The notes under the pieces are model-generated. The model saw nothing but the letters and a program-made list of their open reading frames with translations. It was not told the DNA's origin and did not search any database. A stretch of DNA of 64,000 nt, taken from Dictyostelium discoideum. Lineage: Eukaryota. Shown in pieces: positions 16,922-31,552 of the stretch. Within the stretch, counting starts at the first letter, position 1. Every line of letters begins with the position of its first letter. A program made the position numbers and the translations under genes. The DNA lies in contig CM000154.2 in the NCBI GenBank assembly GCA_000004695.1, forward strand, positions 3,840,001-3,904,000, in the 5' to 3' direction.

Positions 16922-17913
16922 ATTAGTATATACATTTTTGTTTTTGTTTTTGTTTTTGTTTTTGTTATTATATTTTAAATAAATAATATAAAATACACTT
17001 ACCAACAGTAACGATTTTATGTCTAACTGGTAATAAACCAAAATCATAATTAAAAATTCCTCTACCCATGAATAATGGTGGTGCGATACCAGTTAGATCT
17101 TTGATTTTAGTTTGAATCTTTCTAACTAATGAACCACGTGGATTTGGTACTTGATCATAGATATCATTTTCACCAAATGAATAAACTGGTACTAATGATG
17201 CACCATTTACCAATGCTAATTTAATGAAACCTTTTCTCTTTTTCAATGTAATTTCATTAAGCCCAGGACGGGCGTCTAGTGATTCCTCTGCTCCACCAAC
17301 TACCAAACAAATTGATTCACCAGCTCCTGAATTTAAAATATTTTCACAACTTTTCTTTGAAACTGATGACATACCAAAACTCATTAAAACATCTCTTAAA
17401 AATGGTATCTTAAAAAAAAAAAAAAAAAAATTTATTAATTAGTACTCTCTCTCCCTCTCTAAAATAAATTATAATACATACTTTAAAATTTGATTCTAAT
17501 GTTAATAAATGTACTTTTAAACCAGGTAATTTTTCGTCAATATTATTAGCATTTGTAGCGAAATTACAAAAAGCACCAATACTAATGATACCATGTGGAT
17601 GATAGGCAAAGATGTAATTCTTTTTTGGATCATAATTTGAATTGATAATTAAAGAGATTGGGAAATAATCTCTAAAGTAACGCCACAGTATTGAATTTCT
17701 AACTAAACTTACACGTCTACCACCACTTTCATGTTTTGTATCGAAATAAAACATCCAAACTAAATAAGGTATTGCAATACCCCAAAACAATGGTATCACT
17801 ATTAAATTGAATGCCATTATTAAACATACTGGTAATACCATTGCATAAATTGCAACTGCCATAGTTTCTAACCTTCTATATAATGGAACATTCCATGGTA
17901 CAAACCTAACCAT
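16720..17913 (-). CDS. dgat2: Diacylglycerol O-acyltransferase 2 (DGAT2/MGAT family), 3 exons: 17482-17913, 17003-17408, 16720-16874 (330 aa)
   Basis: HPHG motif ('AYHPHGIISIGAFCNF'). 'VVGGAEESLDARPGLNEITLKKRKGFIKLALVNGASLVPVYSFGEN' and 'VVGEPIDIPKIKSPTDQVIEHYHQIYVEALQNLFDKHK' are near-collinear with human DGAT2. Donors are GTATGT/GTAAGT and phases are consistent. Confidence 0.85.
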
Positions 17914-18233
17914 ATTATTTTTTTTTTTTTTATTTTTTTTTTTTATATTTAAAAAATGAATAGAATTTATTATGAAACTAAATATATATATAAATTATCA
18001 CAGATATTAAAATAATATATGATACAAAAAAATAATAATAATAAATGTAATATTAAAAAAAAAAGATAATATAAATTTGTATGAATGTGTGAAATTAATT
18101 TACAAAATAAAAAATAAAAAAAAAAAATAAAAAATAAAAAAAAATAAAAAAAAAAAAAAATTAAGATAAAAAAAAAATCTAATTTTTTTTATTTTGTACA
18201 TATATACACACTATTGCAACACACTTTTTTTTT

Positions 18234-19007
<774 letters not shown>

Positions 19008-19611
19008 AATAACGGTTGCTTGGAGTTACGTTTGATCAGAAAATTTTTTATTTTTTACTTTTTTTTTTTTTTCACTTTTTTTTTTTTTTTTTTCATTTTT
19101 TTTTTTTTTCGGTTGGCATAAATAGAATTTTTTTTGAATTTTTCATTTTTTTTTCAACAAGCAACAAAGCAAAAGGTAAATATTTAGTTATATAATAAAA
19201 AAAAAAAAAAGAAAAATTAGTGATATGAATCAAATGATTGAAAACCAATATTTATAGAAGTCTTCTGAAAGTCAATGAGGAATACTTATTTACCATGCAA
19301 CACCATCTGATCATTTATATCAATAATTTTTTTTTTTTTTTAAAAAAAAAAAATCTTATTCTCCATTATTGGTTTATGAAATTAAAAAAAAAAAAAAAAA
19401 AATATTCAAATTATTAATAATTAATTATTCTTTTTTTTTTTATTTATTTTCTAATCTAATAGGTTTTCTGCTTGTGTACACTCTTGATTCTCTTTGATCC
19501 CCTTTCCTTTTTTTAAAAAATAAAAATAAATGAAATTCTTATATAATGAATTTGCAAACAAAAAAAAACAAATAATGACTTTTTTTTTTTTTTCTTTTTT
19601 TATAATTTAAT

Positions 19612-20109
19612 TTATTTACTACTATTTCTTTTTGTTAAAAAATATTCTCTTTTAATTTTGATGAAATTATTAATTTTTCTTTTTTTCCAAATTATAACAC
19701 CAACGATTGCAGTACTAAAGACAACACATAAAACTACAGCGATAATAACTTTATTCCTAAAGATGAGATTACCATTATTATTATCATCAGTAATGATTAC
19801 TTTACCATCATCAGTTACTCTACAAGTACTAGTTGGTGAAATTAATAAACTAAGTGATGATTTAGTTTGTGTTAATTGGTATTTACAGGGATCGTTAATA
19901 GTTTCATAAGAGTTTGATGTTTTATTGTATGAATTTAATTTCAATGTGAATGAATTGGTTAAATTTGAATTTGAATAATTTAAAAATGTAATATTACCAC
20001 TTGTATTAGTATTATTTAAATAAACATTAATAGTTTTATTTGTATTACTAGTGGTTGTTGCTGCTGATGATGATAATGATCCATCAATTGATAATATCGA
20101 TCTTTTTAA

Positions 20110-20141
<32 letters not shown>

Positions 20142-23001
20142 CATTAATTTCTTCATTGGATGCTATATATTCACCAAGTATAAGAATATGAGTAAAATCA
20201 ATACCAGCAGTATCATTACCATTGATTAAAATATCGAAATGAGAGTTTGAATTTTGAGATAATGAACCATTAACAATTAGCTTTGTAATTGATGAATTTG
20301 TACCAATTGAAGAGTTGAATGATGATTTAATATCATTTTCAATAATACCATTACCATTAATATTACCATTATGAATTAATATAGTTTTTGAACTATTATT
20401 TGTTTTATTATTATTATTATTATTATCAATTGATAAAATTGAATTTGATAAATTAATAATACTATTAGCTGAAGTATTAAATTGATTTAATATTAATTTC
20501 ATATCTTTTAATATTAAATCACCAAAATTATTAAATTTATTAAGTTTTGTTGTAGGATAGTATGAATCTGTTGAATTGGTTGTATTTGAAGAAGAATTTG
20601 AAGAAGATGATGAAGAGGAGGAGGAAGAAGAAGAAGAATCTGAAGAAGAAGAAAACATCCAAGATTTATAATTATTTATAACATGATTACCATTATCAGG
20701 TGAATGAAATAAACTATTGGATTTTAAAGTTACATCACCATTATTTTCAAAATAAGAATTACCAAATAATTGAAATTTACCACCATCATTAATTTCAAAA
20801 TTTTGATTATTTATAAAATTTGAATTATTTAAATTAACTAAACTTTGATTATTAATTTGTGATAAATGATTATTATTTGATGTTGTTGATGATGTAGTTT
20901 TAATTATAGTTTTTGATAAATAAAAATTTGAAAAATCAATTGAAATTATTGAATTATCACTTAAATGTAAATTTGAATTTTCAAAATAAATATTTGAATT
21001 ATTTGATAAATTTAAAATTGTATTACCATTTAATTTTAAAGAAGAACCTCTATTAAAATTAATAGTTGAACCTTGATCAATTGTTACGATTGAATTTTCA
21101 TTTAATAATAAATTTGAACCTAATCCATTTAAAGAGAATTTTGAATTACTTGATATTTTCAATTGAGAATTATGATTTAACTGAATTAAATTATTATTAT
21201 GTGAATGAATTGAATTATCACTAATTAATAACATTGATGAATTTAATAAATTGAATGGATTATTCGTATTTAGGAATGAGTTTGATGATAATTGGAATTG
21301 AGCATTATCAGATAGCATTGTAATTTTAGATTCCATATTTACATCTGTACAATTCTTTAAAAGGAATATAGACTTATCTGATAAATTAATTGATGACCCC
21401 ATGAATTGAAAAACACTATTTTCATTCTGGAATATTGAATTACCAATTGAATGAATATTTGAGCGAATTCCAATAGAACTTTGATTTACAATTATTTTAG
21501 AATCATCATTTAAATAAAAATCACCAGAATCACTCACTATATACCCATTGGAATTGATAGATAGAGTACCATTACCATTCAATTTGAAATTACCATTCAC
21601 ATGTAATCCACCCTCATTATTTAAATTTATTGTTGATTTATCACCCAACAAAAATTGAGATTTAATCTCTAATAGTGAATTATTTATAATCGTTTTACCA
21701 CCATTACTTATGAACTGATCCATTTGGACTAACGATTGATTATTTGCATTCAACGTTGAGTTTGAGTCACTTAATTCTAATAACAATCCTTTTAAATTTG
21801 ATAATGGTGAATTTAAATTCACTTTTGAACCATCTGAAATTGACATACCACCTTTTGAATCTTGAGTGTTCAATAAATTATCAATATTTAAAATTGAACC
21901 ACCTTTAACAATTGATTGTGTTGAGTTTATAGTTAATGGTGAATTTACATTAATAATACCTTTACTATTTATATTAAACAGGTTTGTATTTATTGATATT
22001 GGTAAATCAATATTAAATAATCCACCATTATTATAAAAATTATTTGAATTAATTGATGTTGTTTTTGAATTAACTTGTAAATTATTATTATTATTATTAC
22101 TATCTTTTGAAGTGGAAGAAGATGATGATGAAGATGTTGTTAATACATTCATTGTTGGTACAAATTGATTTGATGCTGATGCTGATGATGATGATGATGC
22201 TGCTGATATATTTGTTCGTAAAATACCAGTTTTTGATATATTTAAATCTGAATTAATATCTAAAATACTATTACTATCTAAAATATTTACAATTCCATCA
22301 ATTTGAAAATGACTTGTTGTACGTAAACATTCACCACTATTATTATTACATCCAATATTCATACTTGAACCATTTGATAATGATAATGATCCATTAAATT
22401 GTAATGTGAATGCAACATTTAAAGTATTTGATGTTTTTTTACTTACATCACCAATTACTGTTTCTGGTGAATTAATTATTGTTGTTTTACTATTATAATA
22501 TACACAATTTGAAGATTGACCAGATGCTATTGTACCAGACGAAGATGTCGTTGAACCAGATGCTGATGATGATGATGATGTTGTTGTTGTTGTTGAAGAT
22601 GATGACGAATGAAATGATGATGATGTTTTAGTTGTATTTGTTGAACTTATCATTGTACCATTATTTTTTGAAAGTGATGGTGTTGTCGAATTTAGTTTTT
22701 GTGGCAAAATGGTATTGGTAACTGTTGACGAAACTGATGAAGACGATGATGATGATTGAACCAATGTTGAAGTTAAATTAAATTTTTTATATGTTTGATT
22801 TGACATTAAAGATAAATCACCACAAGAAATTGATGATTCATTTAAAGATGATGATGATGAAGTTATATTATTATTATTGTTGGTAGTATCATTTTGTGTT
22901 GTTAATATATGGCCACTTACAAAATAATTATTAAAAATTATATTATTTAAACATATCGAACATAAAATTATAATTAATAATTTTAAAAATAATTTTATCA
23001 T
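19612..23001 (-). CDS. Large (1129 aa) Ser/Thr/Asn-rich type-I membrane glycoprotein-like protein: signal peptide, repetitive 'NxSxLxI'-type (beta-helix-like) extracellular region, single C-terminal TM and short basic tail
   Basis: Uninterrupted ORF. N-terminal hydrophobic leader 'MIKLFLKLLIIILCSICL'. C-terminal TM 'IIAVVLCVVFSTAIVGVIIWKKRK'. The composition is very S/T/N-rich. Confidence 0.7.
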
Positions 23002-23394
23002 TTTTTCGTTATTTATTATTTATTATTAATATTATTTTTTTTTGGTATATATTTTTTTTTTTTTTTTTTTTTTTCTCTCTTTATAATATTATTTTTTATT
23101 TTATTTTATTTTTTTATATAAAAAATATATTTAATTAAAATATTATAATTAAAATAGAAAAAATTTATTTGAATAGATTAAGTAGTTAGCTCTATAATAA
23201 AATAATTTGTTTAAGAAAGGAAAAAAAAAAAAGGAAAAAAAAAAATTATTTTTAACATTAAAAAAAATAAATAAAAAAAAAAAAAAAAAAAAAGAAATAA
23301 AAAAAGATCAAATCTTGTTATTAAATAAGATTTTGATAAAAAAAATATATATAAAGTGTATTACACTAATAAATATTGTTTTATTTTGTTTTTG

Positions 23395-23450
<56 letters not shown>

Positions 23451-24341
23451 TTGTTTAAAATAATAATAATAATAATAATAATAATTTTAATTAAAATATA
23501 TCTTTTATCATTAACCACATGAACACTTTCCCCCACACACTGTTTCTGTCAAAAAATATACGATAAAAAAAAAAAAAAAAAATTTCTTTTTAATTTTTTT
23601 TTTTTTATTTTTAAATTATTTGATTATATATCACACACAGTCCAGTACAGGTTTTCTGAAAAAAAAAAAAAAAAAAAAAAAAAACAAAAATCATATTTGA
23701 TGTTATTCTTTAAAAGGAATGTTAAATATATATATAAGGCTATAAAAATTAATATTTTAACTACACTGATGTCATTACCCATCCTTTGTTGTTTGATTTT
23801 TTTATTGTAAAATTAAAAAAAAAAATAAAAAAAGAAAAAAAAAAAATAAAATAAAAAAAAAAAAAACAAAAACATCATCATAAATATTTAATTGAAGAAA
23901 AGATAAAAAGAATTATTACTTTATCTGATTTTTTGAATTTTTTCTAATAATTTAATATTAATGATATATTTTATTTTATTTATTTAATTATTTTTTATAG
24001 TAAATATTTAATAATTTTGTAATTGTTAAAATAAATTAAATTAATTTCAAAATTCTATTAGTCTATTTATATTACAAGCAAATTTAATTGAATTTTATTT
24101 AATTTTAATTATATTATTCTTTTTTTAATTTAATTTTCTTCAATATCATTATACCCACAAATTACAATAAAATTTTTTTTTTATCTTTATACCACTATAT
24201 ATTATTATTATAATCAAATAATAGTATACATTTATTTATATATATATTGATGGCAGTGGAAAGTTTTTTGTTATTTTATTTTGAATTGAGTCTATCATTA
24301 GCTTGAAAAAAAAACCAAATTAGGTTTATTTTTGGAATAAC

Positions 24342-24407
24342 GGGTGTGAAAGTAAGTGTTTGAGTGTGAGATACGTGTGGGTGGGTGTCTGTGTGGGTGT
24401 GGGGGTA
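24342..24407. repeat. G/T-rich TG1-3-like tract (gggtgtgaaagtaagtgtttgagtgtgagatacgtgtgggtgggtgtctgtgtgggtgtggggg) in otherwise AT-rich intergenic DNA
   Basis: Seen directly in the sequence. It is about 70% G+T with almost no A-runs and is unique in the window. Confidence 0.5.
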
Positions 24408-24763
24408 ATTGGAAGAGCAAATTAATTTTTTTTTTTTTTTTTGAATTTAATAAATTTCTATTTTTGGTTTAATTTATTTATTTAATATTAAAGTATGATC
24501 CTATATTATTATTAGGGTTTTTGTAACCTATTAAAAAAATTACAAAATAATCGTTGTTTTATTGCCAATTATAAATATAAAAATCAAACCCATATACTTC
24601 TACTCATGATAAAACACCAATACATATACCTATAAATAACTTTTACTAAAATGAATTTATGAAAAAGCTAATTTAATTTTTAACCAATTTATTCTATCAA
24701 TTATTTAAAAATTTAAATTAAAATTTAAATAAATTGTTAAAATGGTTTTTCGGTTGGTTATTG

Positions 24764-24800
<37 letters not shown>

Positions 24801-25107
24801 CAAATATAATAATTTAACATTAACATTTGTAACTAATATAATAGATTAAAACATTTTATTAACTTCATCTGGTCAGTTTGTTTTTTTTTTTTAGGTCTTT
24901 TTTTTTGGGTCTTTTTTTTTTTTTTTTAAAAGAAAAAAAAAATTTTGATGGGTAAAAATGGCTTTAAAATCAAAATCCACCAAAAATTAAAACAAAGAAT
25001 AAAATTAAAAAAAAGAAAAAAAAAAATAAAAAAGAAAAGAAAAAAATAAAGAAAAAAAAAAAAAAAAAAAAAAAAAAATACTTTTTATTATTTCAAACTG
25101 TATCGCA

Positions 25108-25376
25108 ATGATCAAATATCTTATTTTAATTTTAATTTTAATTTTAAATATATATTATTCTAATGGGTCTGATTGCTCATATTTTGACAATGGAAGAAAT
25201 ACTTTATATGATTTAAAATCCTTTTTTTATTATCCGTAAATATTAAAATTTAAAATAATTTATTTAATTTCCCAATTCATACTAACCTTTATCATTATAA
25301 ATTTTAAATAAAAATATAAAAATAGAGATGGAACTGTGTACGTATTTTTTTTTCTATAAATAAATTACTAATTTAA

Positions 25377-25440
<64 letters not shown>

Positions 25441-27890
25441 GTTTCAAAGAATATTATAGATCCCAAGCTTTGAGCAGTAAATGGGATATTAGTTTTAATT
25501 TATGCTCTGAAGGACAATTGAGTGTTTGTCAAGGAAAAGGAAAATATGCATGTCAAACAAATTATGATTCTAATTGGGTGTTTGTGGATGTATATGATTT
25601 AGGAAGTTTAAATAAAACAAATTTCATGGATGATGGTGTTACATTAACATATAGAGGGTATATAAGTCCCGATTCCCCTAGAGGATGGTGTATAGAAGGT
25701 TCATATGAAGTAAACTATAGAATAACAAATTTCAATTTATTGTGTGATAAGGGTGTTGAGAATGTTGATGTATTAAATGCAACGGAACCAATCGGTTGTT
25801 ATTACAATGTTACTCTTAAAAGTAAACAATTTTGTGAATGCCCATTGCAATGTAGCCCACCACATGGTAAATGTGTTAATGGTGAATGTGTTTGTGACCA
25901 ATTTTCAAATGGAACATCTTGTGAAAAATTGATAATTACTATTGATTCTGTAGTCAATACAACAATTAATGGTGGAATAGGGTATATTCATTTCAGTAAT
26001 TTTTCAATGACTTTTCCATTATTTCAGTTAAAAATCGGTGACCTTTATTGTACCAATGTTATGTTATTAAACAGTTCAACACTTCAATTTACAATCAGTC
26101 CTGGTATTGGAATTCACAATGTTGAAATTATTAATGGAAATTCATCATACTTGTCATATGATTCATTTGGATATCAATGTAATTCTGATTGCTCTCCTCC
26201 CCATGGTGAGTGCAATTTAACACTTGGAAGTTGTTCATGTGATACTCAAACCAATGGAACAAATTGTGAAAACTTGATAATTACTATTGATTCTGTAATA
26301 AATACAACAATAAGTGGTGGGATTGGGTATATTCATTTCAGTAATTTTACAGTGACTTTTCCATTGTTTCAATTAAAAATTGGAGGTGTTTATTGTACAA
26401 ATGTTAAATTATTAAACAGTTCAACACTTCAATTTTCTATTGGTCCTGGTAATGGTATTCACAATGTTGAAATTATTAATGGAAATTCATCTTACTTGTC
26501 ATATGATTCATTTGGATATCAATGTAACACTGCTTGCTCTCCTCCACATGGTGAGTGCAATTTAACACTTGGAAGTTGTTCATGTGATACTCAAACTAAT
26601 GGAACAAATTGTGAAAATTCAAAATTGTTTTTAAATAACATTATCCCAACTGATGAAAATGGTGGTACAACTTATTTATATGGTTATTTTGGAAATACAA
26701 CTTCTAATTTATCAATAATGATTGGAGATAATGATTGCACAAATATTGAACAACTAAATGAAACATTAATTAAATGTGACGTTGGAAAGGGTTCTGGTTT
26801 TAAAGATGTGATTTTAAAAGATAGAGATTTAATAGTACATGTTTTGAATTTATTTCAATACTTTAAACCAATAACAACAAACCCACCAAAGCATTGTATT
26901 GATAATTGTGGTGCTCCAAATAATGGAATTTGTACTTCTACAGGTTGTATGTGTATTTCACCATGGATAGGTAATGACTGTAAATCTAAAATTATTTCAA
27001 TTCCTCAACCATCATTAAATTATTCGAATCCAGTTACAGACATACAATTGATTGACAATAAGGTAGATACTAAACTATTCCGTTCACTAGTATCAATTGT
27101 AAAATTAAGAGAATTAGATTTCCAGTCTAAACAAGTGAATTCATTTACATTTATAGAATGGGAATATTATAAAATTAATGAATCAACAAGCCAATATAAA
27201 TCAAATATTACAAATTTAGGTTTAACTACTTTTATTACTGTAACTTTACAATGGTTTGAAAATGAAACTAATGTTGTATTTGTAAATCAAAATATTAAAA
27301 TGAACCCTTCATCAATTAAATACACAATTGAGATTTCTGAATATAAATTCAGCAGTAACTTAAATCAATTACAATTAGTAATGATGGCTTCATTGTCTAT
27401 TAATAAAACAAATGATATTTGTTCAAATAAAGAGTTTAGTGAAACTTCAAGTGGTGATGATTCAAATTATTTAAAAATTCAAATTGATGATCATTCTTTA
27501 TATGGTAGATTTATAAAAAGAGCATTAATTGATTCAATTCCAAGATCAATTGATAATGTTCCTTTGGACTCTTCAATGAATCAAGTTGATAGTGCCTCTT
27601 TGTCTCAATCATATATTGGTATTTCAGTTCCTTTTTTTAAAAAACAAATAATAATTGATCCTGATTTTTCAGTACTTCTCAGTTCATCTTCTGATTCTTT
27701 CAAATCTGAATCTTCAATTTGTTCATTTAATAAAGAATCAAAATTTTCAGGTGGATTAATTTCAGCAATAGTTTTATGTAGTTTTTTTGTATTTGCAAGT
27801 TTAATAACAATGGTTGCATATAGTTATTATAAAAAAAGATATGATAGAAATATAATGAAAGAAATTCGAACAAAATTATCTAAAAGGTAA
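25108..27890 (+). CDS. Type-I membrane protein, paralog A: signal peptide exon (25108-25235) plus main exon (25460-27890); Cys-rich N-terminal domain, 4 EGF-like modules alternating with 3 IPT/TIG-like domains, TM, short cytoplasmic tail (about 852 aa)
   Basis: Exon 1 encodes 'MIKYLILILILILNIYYSNGSDCSYFDNGRNTLYDLKSFFYYP', with a GTAAAT donor and TTATAG acceptor in phase. EGF-like 'CSPPHGECNLTLGSCSCDTQTNGTNCEN'. TIG-like 'IITIDSVINTTISGGIGYIHFSNF...LKIGGVYCTNVKLLNSSTLQFSIGPGNGIHNVEII'. TM 'GGLISAIVLCSFFVFASLITMVAY' followed by KKRYDRN. Confidence 0.8.
25932..26615. repeat. Intragenic tandem duplication, two copies of 342 bp (one EGF+TIG module) inside paralog A
   Basis: 'ttgataattactattgattctgta...' recurs at 25932 and 26274 with about 90% identity across 342 bp (114 codons). 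Paralog B has only one copy of this module. Confidence 0.8.
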
Positions 27891-28511
27891 GTTGAACCAT
27901 ATATGTAAAAAAAAAAAAAAAAAAATAATTAAATAAATTAATAAATAAATAAGTAAAATAAATGAATAAATTTAAATGGTTATGACTGTTATTCTTTAAA
28001 AAAAAATTTCTCTGCTTTCTAAATTTTTATTTTTGTTTTTAAAATTGTGTTTATGTTAATTTTATAATCTTTTTTGCCAAATGAACCTTTTACCTATTAC
28101 TCAATTGTTACACAATCATTTTATATAGGAAATTGCAAACTACAATAAGAAATTAAAACATATTATTGATTTAATCTAATTGTTTTTATTGGTCTTTTTT
28201 TTTTAGTTTTTTTTTTTTTTTTCAAAAGAAAAAAAAAAATTTATTGGGTCCGACTTTTGTTAAAAATGGCTTTAAAATCTAAATTTAAATCCACCAATCA
28301 ATTTTTTCTTTTTTTTATTTATAATTATATTTAAAAAAAATTAAAACTTAGAAGAAAAAAATTCAAATTTATTCAAATTTATACCAAACTCTTTTTTCTG
28401 ATAGAGTTTTATTAATTCCATAAAAAAAAAAAAAAAAAAAAAGAAAAGAAAAAACAAAGGATAAAAAAAAAAAAAAAAAAACATTCTTTGATTATTTTTA
28501 AACAGTTTGTA

Positions 28512-30914
28512 ATGATATACTCTATTTTAATTTTAATTTTAATATTATATATACAATATTCTAATGGATCTGATTGTTCATATTTTGACAATGGGAGAAA
28601 TACTTTATATGACTTGAAATCCTTTTTTTATTATCCGTAAATATTAATATTTAAAATTTTTTTTCCTATTCTTACTAACCTGATTTATTATAAATTTAAA
28701 AATATTCAAATAGAAATGGTACTATGTATGTATATTTTTTATCTTTATATAAATTTCTATTTTTATATTAATTTTTTTTTTTTTTTTTAAAAAAGCTTTA
28801 AAGAGTTTTATAGATCCCATACTATGTTAGGTAACTGGGATATTACTTTTAATTTATGTGCTGAACATCAATTGAGTATTTGTAATGGAACAGTAAAATA
28901 TGCATGTCAAACAAATTATGGACCTGATGGGTTTTTTTTGGATGAATATGATTTAGGAAGTTTAAATAAAACAAATTTCATCGATGATGGTGTTATATTA
29001 ACATATAGAGGGTATATAAGTCCTAACTCCACCAGAGGAACGTGTACAGAAGGTGCATATGAAGTAAACTATAGAATTACCGATTTTAATTTATTGTGTG
29101 ATAAGGGTGTTGACAATCTTGATGTTTCAAATGTAATTCAACCAATTGGTTGTTTTTATAATGTTACTCTTAAAAGTAAAAAATTTTGTGAATGTTCATT
29201 GCAATGTAGCCCTCCACATGGTAAATGTGTTAATGGTGAATGTGTTTGTGATCAATTTTCAAATGGAACATTTTGTGAATACTTGATAATTATTTTTGAT
29301 TCTGTTATAAATACTACAATTAATGGTGGAATAGGGTATATCCATTTCAGTAATTTTTCATTGGATTCTCCAATATTCCAATTAAAACTTGGTGATGTTT
29401 ATTGTAATGATGTCATATTATTAAACAGTTCAACAATTCAATTTTCAATTGGTCCTGGTATTGGTATTTACAATGTTGAAATTATTAATGGAAATTCTTC
29501 ATATTTGTCTCTTAATTCATTTGCATACCAATGTAATACTGATTGCTCTCCTCCCCATGGTAAATGCGATTTAATACTTGGAAGTTGTTCATGTGATACT
29601 CAAACTAATGGAACAAATTGTGAAAATTCAAAATTGTTTTTAAATAATATTGACCCAACTGATGAAAATGGTGGTACAACTTATTTATATGGTTATTTTG
29701 GAAATACAACTTCTAATTTATCAATAATGATTGGAGATAACTATTGTATGAATATTGAACAAATAAATGAAACATTAATTAAATGCGACGTTGGAAAGGG
29801 TTCTGGTTTTAAAGATGTGATTTTAAAAGATAGAGATTTAATAGTACATGTTTTGAATTTATTTCAATACTTTAAACCAATAACAACAAACCCACCAAAA
29901 CGATGTATTGGTAATTGTGGTGCTCCAAATAATGGAATTTGTACTTCTACAGGTTGTATGTGTATTTCACCATGGATAGGTAATGACTGTAAATCTAAAA
30001 TTATTTCAATTCCTCAACCATCATTAAATTATTCGAATCCAGTTACAGACATACAATTGATTGACAATAAGGTAGATACTAAACTATTCCGTTCACTAGT
30101 ATCAATTGTAAAATTAAGAGAATTAGATTTCCAGTCTAAACAAGTGAATTCATTTACATTTATAGAATGGGAATATTATAAAATTAATGAATCAACAAAT
30201 CAATATAAATCAAATATTACAAATTTAGGTTTAACTACTTTTATTAATGTAACTTTACAATGGTTTGAAAATGAAACTAATGTTGAATTTTCAAATCAAA
30301 ATATTAAAATGAACCCTTCATCAATTAAATATACAATTGAAATTTCTGAATATAAATTCAGCAGTAACTTAAATCAATTACAATTAGTAATGATGGCTTC
30401 ATTGTCTATTAATAAAACAAATGATATTTGTTCAAATAAAGAGTTTAGTGAAACTTCAAGTGGTGATGATTCAAATTATTTAAAAATTCAAATTGATGAT
30501 CATTCTTTATATGGTAGATTTATAAAAAGAGCATTAATTGATTCAATTCCAAGATCAATTGATAATGTTCCTTTGGACTCTTCAATGAATCAAGTTGATA
30601 ATGCTTCTTTGTCTCAATCATATATTGGTATTTCAGTTCCTTATTTTAAAAAACAAATAATAATTGATCCTGATTTTTCAGTACTTCTCAGTTCATCTGA
30701 TTCTTTCAAATCTGAATCTTCAATTTGTTCATTTAATAAAGAATCAAAATTTTCAGGTGGATTAATTTCAGCAATAGTTTTATGTAGTTTTTTTGTATTT
30801 GCAAGTTTAGTAACAATGGCTGTATATAGCTATTATAAAAAAAGATATGACAGAAATATAGTAAAAGAAATTCAATTAAAATTATCTAAAAGACAAGTTG
30901 ATATATATATGTAA
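28512..30914 (+). CDS. Type-I EGF/TIG membrane protein, paralog B: exons 28512-28636 and 28814-30914 (about 741 aa)
   Basis: Same two-exon structure as paralog A, with identical splice-site context 'ttattatccGTAAAT...ttttatAG|atccca'. It is about 85-95% identical to A over shared regions but lacks one EGF+TIG module. Confidence 0.8.
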
Positions 30915-31495
30915 AAAAATTATTAAAAATTATCCTCTCTTTTTTTCTTTTATATTGATCTGTTTTTGGTTTAATTTATTTATTTAATTTTAAAGTATGA
31001 TCCTATACTATTATTTGGTTTATAACCTAATATAAAAATTATAAAAATCATCTTAATAAATAAATAAATTTAATCCACACTATGATTATAACTGTTTTCT
31101 TAAAAAAATTTTCTCTATTTTCTTAATTTTTATTTTTGTTTTTATATATAATGATTGTGTTCATGTTAATTTTATAATGGATATTAAAAACTCGCCCACG
31201 CATGTGAGAAAAGTCTAATTATAGATTTTTGCAAAGTGAGCATTTTACCTTTTACACAATTGTTACATAGACACTTATATTACAAAACCATAAATAAGAA
31301 AATAAAACTTTTTATTGATTTAATCTGACCATTCGGTTTTTTTAGTCTATTTTTTGGTTTATTTTTTTGACCATTTTTAACAAAAGTCCAACCCAATGGC
31401 TTTAAAATCTAAATTTAATCCACCAATCAATTTTATTCTTTTTTTTCTTTATTATTATTTTTAAAAAAAATTAAAACGTAGAAGAAAAAAAAAAG

Positions 31496-31530
<35 letters not shown>

Positions 31531-31552
31531 TATTATTTTTTAACAGTTTGTA

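Noticed and set aside
27885-27895. Possible additional 3' exon of paralog A via the 'AAAAG|GTAAGT' at its stop codon
   Set aside because: Paralog B has the homologous sequence 'AAAAGACAAGTT' without a donor and ends 7 codons later. No downstream in-phase exon is evident, so I treat it as a stop codon that happens to overlap a GTAAGT-like hexamer.
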